Counted from the stretch's first letter, positions 7,552 through 17,542 are shown. The stretch is DNA of 64,000 nucleotides from an uncultured Candidatus Saccharibacteria bacterium (GCA_964573095.1 CAZNIK010000001.1:185004-249003), one strand, 5' to 3'. Notes: a model not told the origin generated them from the letters alone. Numbers and translations are program-made.

Positions 7552-9075
7552 GTGGACAGAATAAACATGGAAAAATTCTTTGCAGAAAGCAGCCTCGAAA
7601 CAACACAGCTGATACTTTTTGCGACAACCACCTTGCTGTCGTTGTCGCCACTTACCAAAGTACTGTGGAAGTATCGGCGCTTTTTTGCCTATATTAACTG
7701 CGTTGCTATCGGTATGCTGGTTGGAATATTTGCGACTGCAGAATCAGCAATATTTGGTTTTTTGTTCCTGTTCATCCAAGCGTATCGAGTAATAATTTTG
7801 CTTAGGATAGCTCAAAACAGAATTAACTCTGTGCAGCTCAGACACATAACCAAGAGAAGTGAGGCAGTTTTATTATCGGCCACAGGTGTTATCTTGATTT
7901 TGAGCAGTATTGAGGCACCAGTTAGCCTTGTAGACGCACTGTTATGTCTTGCTATTGTTCAGCTTATTGTTGGGGTCGTTTTGTACCGTCACAGTACACA
8001 CACGCTTGGTGCTACGACGGCACCCAGTTTGCGCAAGCATCTTGCCGACGACGAGCTTCCCACACTAACTGTCGCAATACCTGCCAGAAACGAAACCAAC
8101 GAGCTTACGGACTGCTTAGAGAATATTCTAGAGAGCAACTATCCAAAGCTTGAAATACTTGTTCTTGACGACTGCTCTCAAGACAAGACTTCAGATATTA
8201 TCCGTAGCTTTGCGCACAGAGGCGTTCGCTTCTTAAAAGGGGTCCCTCCTCCTGCTCCGTGGGTGGCAAAAACCTATGCCTATCAGCAACTACTGGATAA
8301 TTCCAGTGGCGATGTGCTGCTTTTTTGCGGGACTGACGTTCGAATGGATAAAGCTTTTTTGAGGCAACTTGTCGAGATAATGACCAAGAATAAGTTAAAG
8401 ATGCTCAGCGTGCTGCCAAAGCGAAATGACGCAGTGAACGGGAGCTACTTGCTGCAACCAATGCGCTATTGGCGAGAGCTTGCCATACCCAGAACCATCC
8501 ATAAAAGCCCCTCGGTATTGAGCACCTGCTGGATAGTTGACAAGCACCACCTTGAGGAGCTCGGTGGATTTCACGGACTTCGGCAAAATATTAGACCCGA
8601 GAGGGCTATCGCTTTGGCTACAAAGATGCATTATCGGTTTTTGAGGGCCTCAGATGACCTGGCCCTATTTAGCGTAAAAAGTCTGGAGGCGCAATGGAAT
8701 ACGGCAATCCGTACAAGATATCCCGAACTTCACCGCCGACCAGAAACCATTGCCTTCACTACCGCCTGGTACTTTCTGTTTTTATTTGGACCAGTTCTGA
8801 CCCTGCTAGGTGGGTTATCGACACTGAACGGCGCGATTATTACGCTGTCAGCAGCATCTTCACTCTTGCTAATACTCACACAAGTGCGAGTCTATAAAAT
8901 GATTACCGATAGAAAAGAGTTGTTTGCAGCCTTTCTGTTGCCGTATAACGTAGTTCTAGAAATAATCGCCATCAATTATTCAATGTGGGCATATGAATTT
9001 GGAAGCGTTATCTGGAGAGGAAGAAATATCTGTTTGCCGGTGGTTGACATTGTGCCAAAACTGCCAAAAACCTAA
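7552..9075 (+). CDS. integral-membrane family-2 glycosyltransferase (507 aa)
   Basis: GT2 core TVAIPARNETNELTDCLENILESNYPKLEILVLDDCSQD and FCGTDVRMD, flanked by multiple hydrophobic helices. GTG at 7552; alternative ATG at 7567. Confidence 0.8.
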   Translation: MDRINMEKFFAESSLETTQLILFATTTLLSLSPLTKVLWKYRRFFAYINCVAIGMLVGIFATAESAIFGFLFLFIQAYRVIILLRIAQNRINSVQLRHITKRSEAVLLSATGVILILSSIEAPVSLVDALLCLAIVQLIVGVVLYRHSTHTLGATTAPSLRKHLADDELPTLTVAIPARNETNELTDCLENILESNYPKLEILVLDDCSQDKTSDIIRSFAHRGVRFLKGVPPPAPWVAKTYAYQQLLDNSSGDVLLFCGTDVRMDKAFLRQLVEIMTKNKLKMLSVLPKRNDAVNGSYLLQPMRYWRELAIPRTIHKSPSVLSTCWIVDKHHLEELGGFHGLRQNIRPERAIALATKMHYRFLRASDDLALFSVKSLEAQWNTAIRTRYPELHRRPETIAFTTAWYFLFLFGPVLTLLGGLSTLNGAIITLSAASSLLLILTQVRVYKMITDRKELFAAFLLPYNVVLEIIAINYSMWAYEFGSVIWRGRNICLPVVDIVPKLPKT

Positions 9076-9087
9076 TTCTTGTCAAGG

Positions 9088-10245
9088 CTACGGCTCTTCT
9101 AGGTTCGGTATAAAAATTGAGAACGTCGATCCCTTGTTTAGCTCGCTTTCAAGATCGATTTCGGCATGAACTATTCGGGCTAATTTTATCGTCACATATA
9201 ACCCAAGGCCGGTTCCGCTATTGGCCCTTGTTCTGTAATCCTCACTTCTAAAAAACTTGTCAAAAACTCTTTCCTGGTCGGATTTACTAATACCTATCCC
9301 GGTGTCGCTGACTTCAAATCTAACACCATTCTCTTCTTGCTTGGCGGCAATAGAAACACTTCCCTCTTCTGTATATTTAATCGAGTTTGTCACAAAATTT
9401 TGCAATATTTCCTTTACGTATAATGTGCTGGAGTGGAGCAATTCTAGGCCTGGATCGCTCTTGGTGTGAAGTTGCAGCTTCTTCTTCTCGGCGTCTGGAG
9501 TGTAAGTGCTTGCTAGTTCTTCAATTAATTTGTTGACGTTTATTGGCTCCACGATGAGGGTAAGTTTTCCGCGCTCAGCCCGGGAGAGTGTTGCAAGATC
9601 GTTTATCATACCGCTCAGAAAGATGATTTGTTCGTGTGCAACCTTGAGCGCGTCTTTAATCGCAGTATCTCCCCCGGACTTGTCTACAATAAACTCGGCG
9701 TTGCCTATATTGCCTTCAGCAATCGCAATCGGTGTTCGAAGTTCATGGCTTACCACGCTAATAAATTCATCTCGTTCTTCTTCGAGAGACTTTTCTCTCG
9801 TAATATCCCTTAGTAGCACCACGAAACCCTTGGTGCCCTGTTTTCCAAACCCGAGCCGTACCGGCGCAACGCTAATGTACAGATTGCTATAGCTTTCGTC
9901 TGGGTACTTAATGCGCAAATCTCTGTCGGTAACCTGCGTCTTTACTTTCATAATAAAGTCGCTTATGTTTACGACTTGGTTATTCCGGTCCACAATTGTC
10001 GCCAGCTCATCGAGCGATTTGTTTTGCAAGTTTGCATTTATGTCCAATATGTTGAGCGCGGCGCCATTGTACAACATAATTTTCCCATTTTCATCGGTTG
10101 CAATGACTGCATCGGCCATACTGTTGATAAGACTTAAGAGTCGTTCTCGCTCAAAGGCGGCTGATGCGGGAGAATCCGCTTGCTGTTCTCTAATGAGGGC
10201 TTTTAGCTCGCGGGGCTGCTGTGAAGCATCACTTGAAGTTGGCAT
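9088..10245 (-). CDS. cytoplasmic PAS-domain sensor histidine kinase
   Basis: H-box FISVVSHELRTPIAIAEG and ATPase motifs DTGIGI and GTGLGLYV. No TM segment and no adjacent response regulator. Confidence 0.85.
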   Translation of the reverse strand: MPTSSDASQQPRELKALIREQQADSPASAAFERERLLSLINSMADAVIATDENGKIMLYNGAALNILDINANLQNKSLDELATIVDRNNQVVNISDFIMKVKTQVTDRDLRIKYPDESYSNLYISVAPVRLGFGKQGTKGFVVLLRDITREKSLEEERDEFISVVSHELRTPIAIAEGNIGNAEFIVDKSGGDTAIKDALKVAHEQIIFLSGMINDLATLSRAERGKLTLIVEPINVNKLIEELASTYTPDAEKKKLQLHTKSDPGLELLHSSTLYVKEILQNFVTNSIKYTEEGSVSIAAKQEENGVRFEVSDTGIGISKSDQERVFDKFFRSEDYRTRANSGTGLGLYVTIKLARIVHAEIDLESELNKGSTFSIFIPNLEEP

Positions 10246-10259
10246 AAAGTTATTATGCC

Positions 10260-10973
10260 TTATAACTCGCTTGAGCTAAAACGGTCATATAGTCGTGGTC
10301 GAAAGGCCCTTAGCTTTTTTCTTAGTTTTTTGTACTCTGGGCACGTCTGCGATACTTGGCTCCAAAACGCAGAACTGTGGTTCATATGCGTTGTATGGGC
10401 GAGTTCATGCAACAGCACGTAGTCAATAAGTTCTTGATCGAGCTGCACTAAGAACGCGTTAACAGTGATGTTTTTAGACTGATCACAGCTCCCCCAACGG
10501 CTTTTTAGTTTTTTAACTCGAGCTTGATGAAAGCGATAATTGTGCCGCTTGGAAAGTTCAAGCAATCTGGGGAGCACAGTAGCTTCAGTTTCGTTCTTTA
10601 GGTATTTAATTGTTGCGTCAATGATCTGAACTTGGAAGTCATTGATCTTTAAGCCATCGGGCAGGCAAACAGTAACCCCCTCGGTGCTTGTTTTTACCTT
10701 AAAGGTTTTAGCGCCTTCTGCAACCTTCAGTACGCCGTGCAAGCCTAACCCCATTCCGTCATAGAGAACCAACTGTGAACCAACTTGGTTCTTGGTAATC
10801 CACTCTATCTTTTCGTCAACGAACTTCATTACATAACGATTTGATACAAACCAAGGGGTTGATACTACCACTTCATTGCTATTACCAATTCTAATTCGCA
10901 TCGACTTCATGCCCTTTTTCTTGGCAATAACTACTTTCCCAATTTGCGGGTGCTCAATCTCTGTTTTGCGCAT
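10260..10973 (-). CDS. YgjP/DUF45-type (M48-like) metal-dependent hydrolase
   Basis: HELAHTTHMNHSSAFW zinc motif near the C-terminus and a size typical of the family. Confidence 0.75.
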   Translation of the reverse strand: MRKTEIEHPQIGKVVIAKKKGMKSMRIRIGNSNEVVVSTPWFVSNRYVMKFVDEKIEWITKNQVGSQLVLYDGMGLGLHGVLKVAEGAKTFKVKTSTEGVTVCLPDGLKINDFQVQIIDATIKYLKNETEATVLPRLLELSKRHNYRFHQARVKKLKSRWGSCDQSKNITVNAFLVQLDQELIDYVLLHELAHTTHMNHSSAFWSQVSQTCPEYKKLRKKLRAFRPRLYDRFSSSEL

Positions 10974-10976
10974 GAA

Positions 10977-11636
10977 TTATCGAATTGATATGTTTCGTCG
11001 CGGAATTTCCTGCGATCCACCAAGAGATAATTGCGGAACGATATTCACAAGCTCTGGCTTTACCATTCCTTGGGTTGCTTCTTCTGGTGTTACAATTCCT
11101 TGCTCGTATAGTTTCTTCATAACTGCGTTTCTTTGGGTGTGAAACGTATGCTTACCGCTGATCACCACATAATCTTCGTGCGACGGGTTCTGCATTGCCC
11201 CAAGCACAGACTGAAACACGGTCGGGGTATATGCCTTGGCGTATTTATCTTCAGCTTTGCGCCTATCTCTTCCCTGGGTTCTGGCAAACGCAGTCTCGGC
11301 ATCGACTTGAAGCCATACCAGCACCGCCCCAGCCTTATGTTGTTTGGCAATTTCCCTTAATTCTCTTCGGTCTTGCAGCCGCGGGACGTCAGCGTCGTAC
11401 ACCACCGGAACACCTGCACGCAAGAATTCTTTTGTTACATAATGCATCATTCGTTTTAGCGCTGGATCATCTCCAGGTTGACGCTCACCAAACAGTTCAG
11501 AAGCAATCCGGTCTTCTTGAAGATGCGCAATGCCAAGATTCTCAGCAAATTGCTTTGCAAAACCTGTTTTTCCAGACCCAGGAAAGCCAAAGAGCATAAT
11601 TATAAAGGGTTTGGTTAAGGTATTTTTTACCGACAT
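10977..11636 (-). CDS. P-loop kinase / AAA_33-like ATP-binding protein
   Basis: Walker A FGFPGSGKTGFA at the N-terminus. About 180-aa kinase-like core. Confidence 0.7.
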   Translation of the reverse strand: MSVKNTLTKPFIIMLFGFPGSGKTGFAKQFAENLGIAHLQEDRIASELFGERQPGDDPALKRMMHYVTKEFLRAGVPVVYDADVPRLQDRRELREIAKQHKAGAVLVWLQVDAETAFARTQGRDRRKAEDKYAKAYTPTVFQSVLGAMQNPSHEDYVVISGKHTFHTQRNAVMKKLYEQGIVTPEEATQGMVKPELVNIVPQLSLGGSQEIPRRNISIR

Positions 11637-11719
11637 TGTTCTACTATGTATACCAGAGTTTTGCCTTTTAGGGAAGTGTTTCTTGTTTGGTTTCTATCTG
11701 TTAAACTAGTTCAACGTAG

Positions 11720-11794
11720 AGGGGCATAGTACAACGGCTAGTATGAGGGTCTCCAAAACCCTAGATCGTGGTTCGATTCCACGTGCCCCTGCCA
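11720..11794 (+). tRNA. tRNA-Trp (anticodon CCA)
   Basis: Hand-folded cloverleaf: acceptor AGGGGCA/TGCCCCT, anticodon arm AGGGT-CTCCAAA-ACCCT, T-arm GTGGTTCGATTCCAC, encoded CCA. Confidence 0.9.
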
Positions 11795-11805
11795 GGCTCA
11801 TAGCT

Positions 11806-12216
11806 ATGAAAGTTTTCAATAAACGGAATATACTCCATCTCATTACGGTCCCGTTTATTTGGCTGCCGTTTATACCAACACTTTTTGTACATGCATTGAT
11901 GGCGTTATACCAATTCATTTCATTCCCAATATATGGACTCGAGAAGGTTCGTGTGCGGGACTATGTCAATTTAGACAGACGCAAACTTGGTTACATCAAT
12001 CCAATTGACAAGGTTAACTGCGCCTACTGTGCGTATGCCAATGGTGTTTTTATGTACTTCACCGAAATTGCCCACCGGACCGAATATTACTGGTGCGGCG
12101 TAAAGCACAGTAATCAGCCAGACAACCCCGCGTTTGCTTACCAGGCAAAATTTGCGCCATACGGCAACAAAAAATCATATGAAAAAATACTAAGACAAAC
12201 TCGTCATCGCAAGTGA
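11806..12216 (+). CDS. hypothetical membrane-anchored protein (136 aa)
   Basis: First ATG after the tRNA; the track ORF 11743 start lies inside the tRNA. Has an N-terminal hydrophobic segment and a Cys/Tyr-rich core NCAYCAYANG. Confidence 0.6.
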   Translation: MKVFNKRNILHLITVPFIWLPFIPTLFVHALMALYQFISFPIYGLEKVRVRDYVNLDRRKLGYINPIDKVNCAYCAYANGVFMYFTEIAHRTEYYWCGVKHSNQPDNPAFAYQAKFAPYGNKKSYEKILRQTRHRK

Positions 12217-12306
12217 GTTAGGGGTGGCGCGAAACAATGTATATGCTTGCACGGTGACGGTTTCGTGCCTAAACTTAAGATTATCAGATTTATCAAGGAT
12301 ATTTAG

Positions 12307-12633
12307 ATGCGCGACATGCGACCGGTTCAAGAACTGATCAAAGGTGAACTGTTTGACTTTCCAGGCCTTGCTGCAAATCCCGCTGGCAATTATCACCATG
12401 CCCAGCAAAGGGATGAATACTACAACCGCAGAAAGCACGATGCAGACATCGCAGGAAACGAAGCGACGCAAAGCTTAGCAATTCTGACTATTGCCTCGGC
12501 GGTAGATTTTAACGTCTTAGAGGTGCTTGATACCACGACACAAGATGCAATCTTAGCGGTTCGCGAAGCAACTCCTCAAGGTCTGCTAGCCGAACTTGCT
12601 GTAAGGCACTACAGAGCAGCCCGACGTAAATAA
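12307..12633 (+). CDS. possible small hypothetical protein (108 aa)
   Basis: ATG preceded by AAGGA 7 nt upstream. The competing minus-strand ORFs have TTG/GTG starts and no RBS. No family recognised. Confidence 0.3.
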   Translation: MRDMRPVQELIKGELFDFPGLAANPAGNYHHAQQRDEYYNRRKHDADIAGNEATQSLAILTIASAVDFNVLEVLDTTTQDAILAVREATPQGLLAELAVRHYRAARRK

Positions 12634-12854
12634 TTTGTTGACAGGTAGCTGCTGCCCATACTCCTTTATCTGCTAAACAAGCTTGTCCAATGCGGCGAGG
12701 AACTGGCCCACAGAAAGTATTTGAAAAAGCACTCGAAAAAAGATAATTGCCCACTTCTGTAAAATGCTTGCGCTTACACCGTTGCGGGGTTTATAATAAC
12801 AGTATCAAGGTAGTTTAGCTTAAAAAAACAAGACAAAAAGGAAAAGGCTTTAAG

Positions 12855-14048
12855 ATGAAAGTTCTTATGCTCGGGTGGGAATTGCCTCCACATAACAGTG
12901 GTGGACTTGGAGTAGCATGCTACCAGCTCACAAAGACACTCTCAAAAAAAGGTGCAGACATCACTTTTGTGGTTCCCTACACCGCGACCCATGACTGTGA
13001 TCATATGCGCGTGGTTTCTGCCAAGATCGCGTCGCCCCGCACAATTTTAGGCATCTATGATTCAGTGGATCGTACTGTTCCTAGAGGCACGCACGAAGGA
13101 AGCTCCATATTTGAACTCCAAGACATTTATGCAGACCGCATTGGGCATATCGGACAACTTGACGAGTTCGATGTAATCCACGCCCATGATTGGCTTACTT
13201 TCAGAGCAGGTCTGCGGGCCAAAGAACTAAGCGGCAGACCGCTGATAGTGCATATTCATTCTATAGAATCCGACCGCGCCGGAAACAAGACCGGTCATCC
13301 GCTGGTTCACGAGATCGAAGAGATGGGTCTGCACCTAGCGGATCAAATTGTCGCAGTGAGTGAGTTTACAAAACGAAAAATTATTCAAGAATATGGGATT
13401 TCGGCTGACAAGATTCATGTTGCCCACAATAGTATCGATGCATACTCTATGCCCGAGCTTGACGATGATAATGCCTACCGTTATCTCTCGAGACTGAAGT
13501 CAAATGGTTACACAATTGTCTCAAATGTGGGCCGCCATACCATACAAAAAGGACTCAGCAATCTGCTCTTTGTGGCTCAACAGGTCCTGGAGTTTGAGCC
13601 CAAAACTATCTTTTTATTAGTTGGCGCTGGTGACCAACACCGCGAACTTATTGAGCTCAGTGCAAAACTCGGAATTTCTAAAAACGTTCTTTTTGTCGGA
13701 TTTCAGCGCGGGAAACAATGGAGGGACGCGTTTGGCATTGCCGATCTTTTTGTCATGCCTTCTGTCTCTGAGCCGTTTGGACTTACACCCCTTGAGGCAA
13801 TTGTGTATGACACTCCCTCGCTAATTAGCAAGCAATCCGGCGTATCGGAGGTCCTGGGCAATTGCTTGAAGGCCGACTTTTGGGACATAGACAAAATGAC
13901 CGATCAAATAGTAGCCGTCATCAGAAATCAAAGTCTTTCGCCGTCACTGCTTGATAATGCCCGCGAGGAACTGTCCCAGCACACTTGGGATAAAGCCGCC
14001 CACATATTTATGGATATTTACAAACGGAAAGCGCAACTTGCACTATGA
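12855..14048 (+). CDS. GT-B glycosyltransferase, glycogen/alpha-glucan synthase-like (GT4/GT5)
   Basis: N-terminus MKVLMLGWELPPHNSGGLGVA and the E-x7-E motif EPFGLTPLEA. Its stop overlaps the GH57 start (ATGA). Confidence 0.85.
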   Translation: MKVLMLGWELPPHNSGGLGVACYQLTKTLSKKGADITFVVPYTATHDCDHMRVVSAKIASPRTILGIYDSVDRTVPRGTHEGSSIFELQDIYADRIGHIGQLDEFDVIHAHDWLTFRAGLRAKELSGRPLIVHIHSIESDRAGNKTGHPLVHEIEEMGLHLADQIVAVSEFTKRKIIQEYGISADKIHVAHNSIDAYSMPELDDDNAYRYLSRLKSNGYTIVSNVGRHTIQKGLSNLLFVAQQVLEFEPKTIFLLVGAGDQHRELIELSAKLGISKNVLFVGFQRGKQWRDAFGIADLFVMPSVSEPFGLTPLEAIVYDTPSLISKQSGVSEVLGNCLKADFWDIDKMTDQIVAVIRNQSLSPSLLDNAREELSQHTWDKAAHIFMDIYKRKAQLAL

Positions 14049-15247
14049 GCAAGAAGTCGATTGTACTGTATCTCCACGTGCACCAACCTTTTCGGGTCCG
14101 GGATTATACGGTTTACTCTGTAGGTCACGATCATAACTACTTTGATGGTTCCTATGATCATCGAACGAGCAATGAGCGTATTCTTCACAAAGTTGCCGAG
14201 AAGTCATATCTACAAACCAATGCTCGCCTTCTCCGACTCCTTCGTGAGTATCCGGCGTTTAGGCTCAGCCTCTCGCTCTCTGGAACAGCCATCGAGCAGA
14301 TGCAGCGCTGGTCCCCTGCCGCCCTTCAGTCGTTTCAGTCCCTTTGCGAGACCGGGAAAGTTGAAATTGTCGGCGAAACATACCATCACAGCCTCGCCTT
14401 CTTTTACGACAAGGAAGAATTCGAGCATCAAGTTAATCGACACAAGCAACTAATCGCAGAGGTCTTCGGCCAAACCCCTCAGAGTTTTAGAAACACCGAG
14501 CTTGCCTACAACAATGACCTGGCCTGGTGGGCAGATAAAGCGGGCTACAAAGCCATACTCGCTGAAGGCTGGGATCCAGTTTTGGGATGGAGAAGCCCCA
14601 ATTTTGTCTATCGCCCAACCTATGTCGAAGGCAACATAAAGCTGCTACTTAAAAACTACAAACTGAGCGATGATGTCGCTTTCCGGTTTGGCGACAGAGA
14701 CTGGCGGGAATGGCCGCTTACTGCCAGCAAGTTTACCCATTGGCTTCATGAATCTGGTGATGCGTCGATCTTTAATCTTTTTATGGATTACGAAACGTTT
14801 GGAGAGCACCAATGGCAAGAATCTGGCATTTTTGACTTTTTGGAACACCTACCCAAAGAATGGTTGTCAAGCCACGAAAATACTTTTATGACTGTCACCG
14901 AAGCAGCTGAAAGTTATGAAGCGGTTGACCGGGTTGATATGCCAAACATAGTGACCTGGGCGGATACCGAGAGAGACCTGTCTGCATGGACGGGAAATGA
15001 TATGCAAAAAGAAGCACTGCGCGCGATATACGAAATTAAGGACGCGGTTACGCATTCCGGCGACCACAATATCATCGAAGATTGGCGTCGCCTTCAAGCC
15101 TCGGATCACTTTTATTACATGTGTACCAAATGGTTTAACGACGGAGATATTCATGCCTACTTTAGCCCTTATGAAAATCCGTACGACGCGTTTATTTACT
15201 ACATGAATGCGTGGCACGATGTACGGCTGCGCGCAGGGGCAATTTAG
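14045..15247 (+). CDS. glycoside hydrolase family 57 (alpha-amylase / alpha-glucan-active)
   Basis: LYLHVHQPFRV N-terminal signature, plus TELAYN and FMDYETFGEH regions typical of GH57. Confidence 0.85.
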   Translation: MSKKSIVLYLHVHQPFRVRDYTVYSVGHDHNYFDGSYDHRTSNERILHKVAEKSYLQTNARLLRLLREYPAFRLSLSLSGTAIEQMQRWSPAALQSFQSLCETGKVEIVGETYHHSLAFFYDKEEFEHQVNRHKQLIAEVFGQTPQSFRNTELAYNNDLAWWADKAGYKAILAEGWDPVLGWRSPNFVYRPTYVEGNIKLLLKNYKLSDDVAFRFGDRDWREWPLTASKFTHWLHESGDASIFNLFMDYETFGEHQWQESGIFDFLEHLPKEWLSSHENTFMTVTEAAESYEAVDRVDMPNIVTWADTERDLSAWTGNDMQKEALRAIYEIKDAVTHSGDHNIIEDWRRLQASDHFYYMCTKWFNDGDIHAYFSPYENPYDAFIYYMNAWHDVRLRAGAI

Positions 15248-17208
15248 TGGCACGATCGGCTATTTTAAGTAATGGCCGCCTGGCGGTGGGGCTTAACGAG
15301 CGCGGCCATGTGCATGACTTTTACTTTCCATACGTTGGGCTCGAAAACCTCACCACCGCAAGAAGCTTGCATCACAAAATCGGTATTTGGATTGATGACG
15401 TGTTTAGCTGGACAGACGATGATGCCTGGGAATGCAGCGTTGATCTATCGCCAGACGCACTTACGGCAACCTGCATTATGATAAACAGAGCCTTGGGCGT
15501 CTCGCTGCGCACGGTTGATTTTGTAGACCACGAATACGACACCTGGTGTAGAAGAATCTATGTAAAGAATTTAACCGATTCCCTGCAAGAAGTGCGTTTA
15601 TTTATGCACCAGGTATTTCAAATCTCCAGCGCAGGTCGTGGGGACACCGCATTATACGAACCAGAAGGAAACTACATATTAGATTACAAGGGACGAGTTT
15701 GTTTACTCATTGGCGGGCGCAGTGGCAACGAGGAATTTGACCAATACGCCGTTGGAAACTATGCGATTGAGGGCAAAGCAGGAACCTATGTTGATGCCGA
15801 GGATGGAGAATTATCAAATCACCCTGTCGAACACGCCGGCGTAGACTCTGTTATCCGTTTTTGCTATCAAATACAGCCAGGCGACGAAGCCCAGACAGAC
15901 TATTGGGTTGTTGCCGACGACTCTCAATATGCCTGCGACAACACTCACGAAGTCATGAGAAAGGGTCTCGATAAGCGCCAAAAAATTCACGAACAGTATT
16001 GGCAAGAATGGTTAAGTATAAGTGATGCGCGGCTTTCGGCACTGCCAGGAAAAGAAAGATTCCTTGCTCGCAAGTCCCTCATGACCGTAAAGGCCCACAT
16101 CGATAGTCACGGAGGAGTTATCGCGTCGTGCGACAGTAGTATTTACAACTACGGAAGAGATTATTATAGCTACGTGTGGCCGAGAGACGGCGCCTATGCA
16201 ATTTGGCCATTAATTCGTTTGGGTTACACCGAAGAACCGAAGGCTTTTATCAAATTTTGCAGGGATCTCATTACTAAAGATGGCTATTTGATGCACAAGT
16301 ATCAGCCAGACCGCGCCATAGGAAGCACCTGGCATCCTTTGGTCCATGGGAAGCGCCGAGAATTGGCTATACAAGAAGACGAAACTGCGACCCTACTCAT
16401 CGCACTAGGCGAATATTACGATTACAGCAAAGATGCAGATTTTGTAAAAGAGCTTTACGAAAGTCTTGTAGTCAAATGCGCAAACTTTCTCAGTAGTTTT
16501 ATCGACGCTGGCACAGATTTGCCACACGCAAGTTATGATTTGTGGGAGGAGAAATTTCTTACCACAACGTATACAACTGCGACCGTATTTGCCGGGCTAC
16601 AAGTTGCAAGTGAACTCGCAGAAACGTTTGGAACAGCTGAGCAAAAAGAAAAATGGACTGCGGACTGCGAGAAACTAGTTGATCGTTTTCCAGTGTTCAT
16701 CAACCCAGATAACCAAACTTTCCGCAAAGGGTTTTTGTACAACCAAGAAGCCGACTCGCTCGATTTCGACAACACCGTCGACATATCAAGCATGTACGGG
16801 GTGATGACGTTCGGCTATTCACCCACAGAGGTTGATCCATCTCACGCAATAGAACAAACAATAAGCAGTCTCCGTAGCTCGCCAGAGTTAGGGGGGTGGC
16901 CCAGGTATCAAGGCGACAGCTACTTCCGAGTTTCAGACGGAGTCTCTAACCCGTGGATAATTGCCACTTTGTGGGTGGCTCAGTATTACATTCGAGCAGG
17001 CCAATTTGATTCAGCCAAGAAGCTCATTCACTGGGTAGAAGAACGCGCCCTTCCCAGCGGAATGTTCCCAGAGCAAGTGAATCCCATAGATGGCACACCA
17101 AAGTCAGTTACGCCGCTGGTATGGAGTCACGCCGAATACATAAACACTTTGCTTGACCTACAGCACAGGCAGGCCGATACGGACAGTCTAGGCCTTAAGC
17201 TAGATTAA
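15247..17208 (+). CDS. glycoside hydrolase family 15 (glucoamylase / glucodextranase-like)
   Basis: YSYVWPRDGAYAIWPL and other GH15 (alpha/alpha)6 motifs. GTG at 15247 follows AGGGG and overlaps the GH57 stop (TAGTG). An in-frame alternative GTG lies at 15211. Confidence 0.85.
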   Translation: MARSAILSNGRLAVGLNERGHVHDFYFPYVGLENLTTARSLHHKIGIWIDDVFSWTDDDAWECSVDLSPDALTATCIMINRALGVSLRTVDFVDHEYDTWCRRIYVKNLTDSLQEVRLFMHQVFQISSAGRGDTALYEPEGNYILDYKGRVCLLIGGRSGNEEFDQYAVGNYAIEGKAGTYVDAEDGELSNHPVEHAGVDSVIRFCYQIQPGDEAQTDYWVVADDSQYACDNTHEVMRKGLDKRQKIHEQYWQEWLSISDARLSALPGKERFLARKSLMTVKAHIDSHGGVIASCDSSIYNYGRDYYSYVWPRDGAYAIWPLIRLGYTEEPKAFIKFCRDLITKDGYLMHKYQPDRAIGSTWHPLVHGKRRELAIQEDETATLLIALGEYYDYSKDADFVKELYESLVVKCANFLSSFIDAGTDLPHASYDLWEEKFLTTTYTTATVFAGLQVASELAETFGTAEQKEKWTADCEKLVDRFPVFINPDNQTFRKGFLYNQEADSLDFDNTVDISSMYGVMTFGYSPTEVDPSHAIEQTISSLRSSPELGGWPRYQGDSYFRVSDGVSNPWIIATLWVAQYYIRAGQFDSAKKLIHWVEERALPSGMFPEQVNPIDGTPKSVTPLVWSHAEYINTLLDLQHRQADTDSLGLKLD

Positions 17209-17221
17209 TAACCGCGGTTAT

Positions 17222-17428
17222 TTATTTTTTGCGGGCTTTTACTTCGTTTCGGCCAAGGTTTTTCTTGGTTTCAACATACAAAACGTGCCTGCGAGCAATA
17301 GGATCATACTTTCTGAGTTCTAGCTTATCTGGAGTGTTCTGAAGGTTCTTCTTCGTATAATAAGTCCTATGTCCTGTTTCCTCAGAAACAAGACCAACCA
17401 ATTTTCTTTTATTACTCTTTGTCGCCAT
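17222..17428 (-). CDS. rpmG: 50S ribosomal protein L33 (Cys-less form, C-terminal extension)
   Basis: [33 protein letters not shown] matches the L33 core. All four zinc-ribbon Cys positions are substituted. Confidence 0.85.
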   Translation of the reverse strand: MATKSNKRKLVGLVSEETGHRTYYTKKNLQNTPDKLELRKYDPIARRHVLYVETKKNLGRNEVKARKK

Positions 17429-17466
17429 TTATATTACTCTAACAGATTGTGCAGTATATGTAAACG

Positions 17467-17542
17467 TGGAGCCACGAACCGGGATTGAACCGGTGACCTT
17501 AGCATTACCATTGCTACGCTCTACCAACTGAGCTATCGTGGC
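17467..17542 (-). tRNA. tRNA-Thr (anticodon GGU)
   Basis: Reverse complement folds as GCCACGA / GCTCAGTTGGTAGAGC / TAGCA-ATGGTAA-TGCTA / ACCGGTTCAATCCCGGT / TCGTGGC-T-CCA. Confidence 0.9.

Noticed and set aside
12355-12362. Minus-strand GGAAAGTC resembling the RNase P RNA CR-I core (GAGGAAAGUCC)
   Set aside because: Only 8 nt match. The other conserved RNase P elements (the AGGGUGAAA-type region, ACAGAAnnnGGCUUA) are not found nearby on that strand.
15211-15249. Track start GTG at 15211 for the GH15 gene, and the 10-nt repeat GTGGCACGAT at 15211 and 15247
   Set aside because: The 15211 start would overlap GH57 by 37 nt and has no RBS. GTG at 15247 follows AGGGG and gives the usual stop-start overlap. 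The short repeat is probably incidental.
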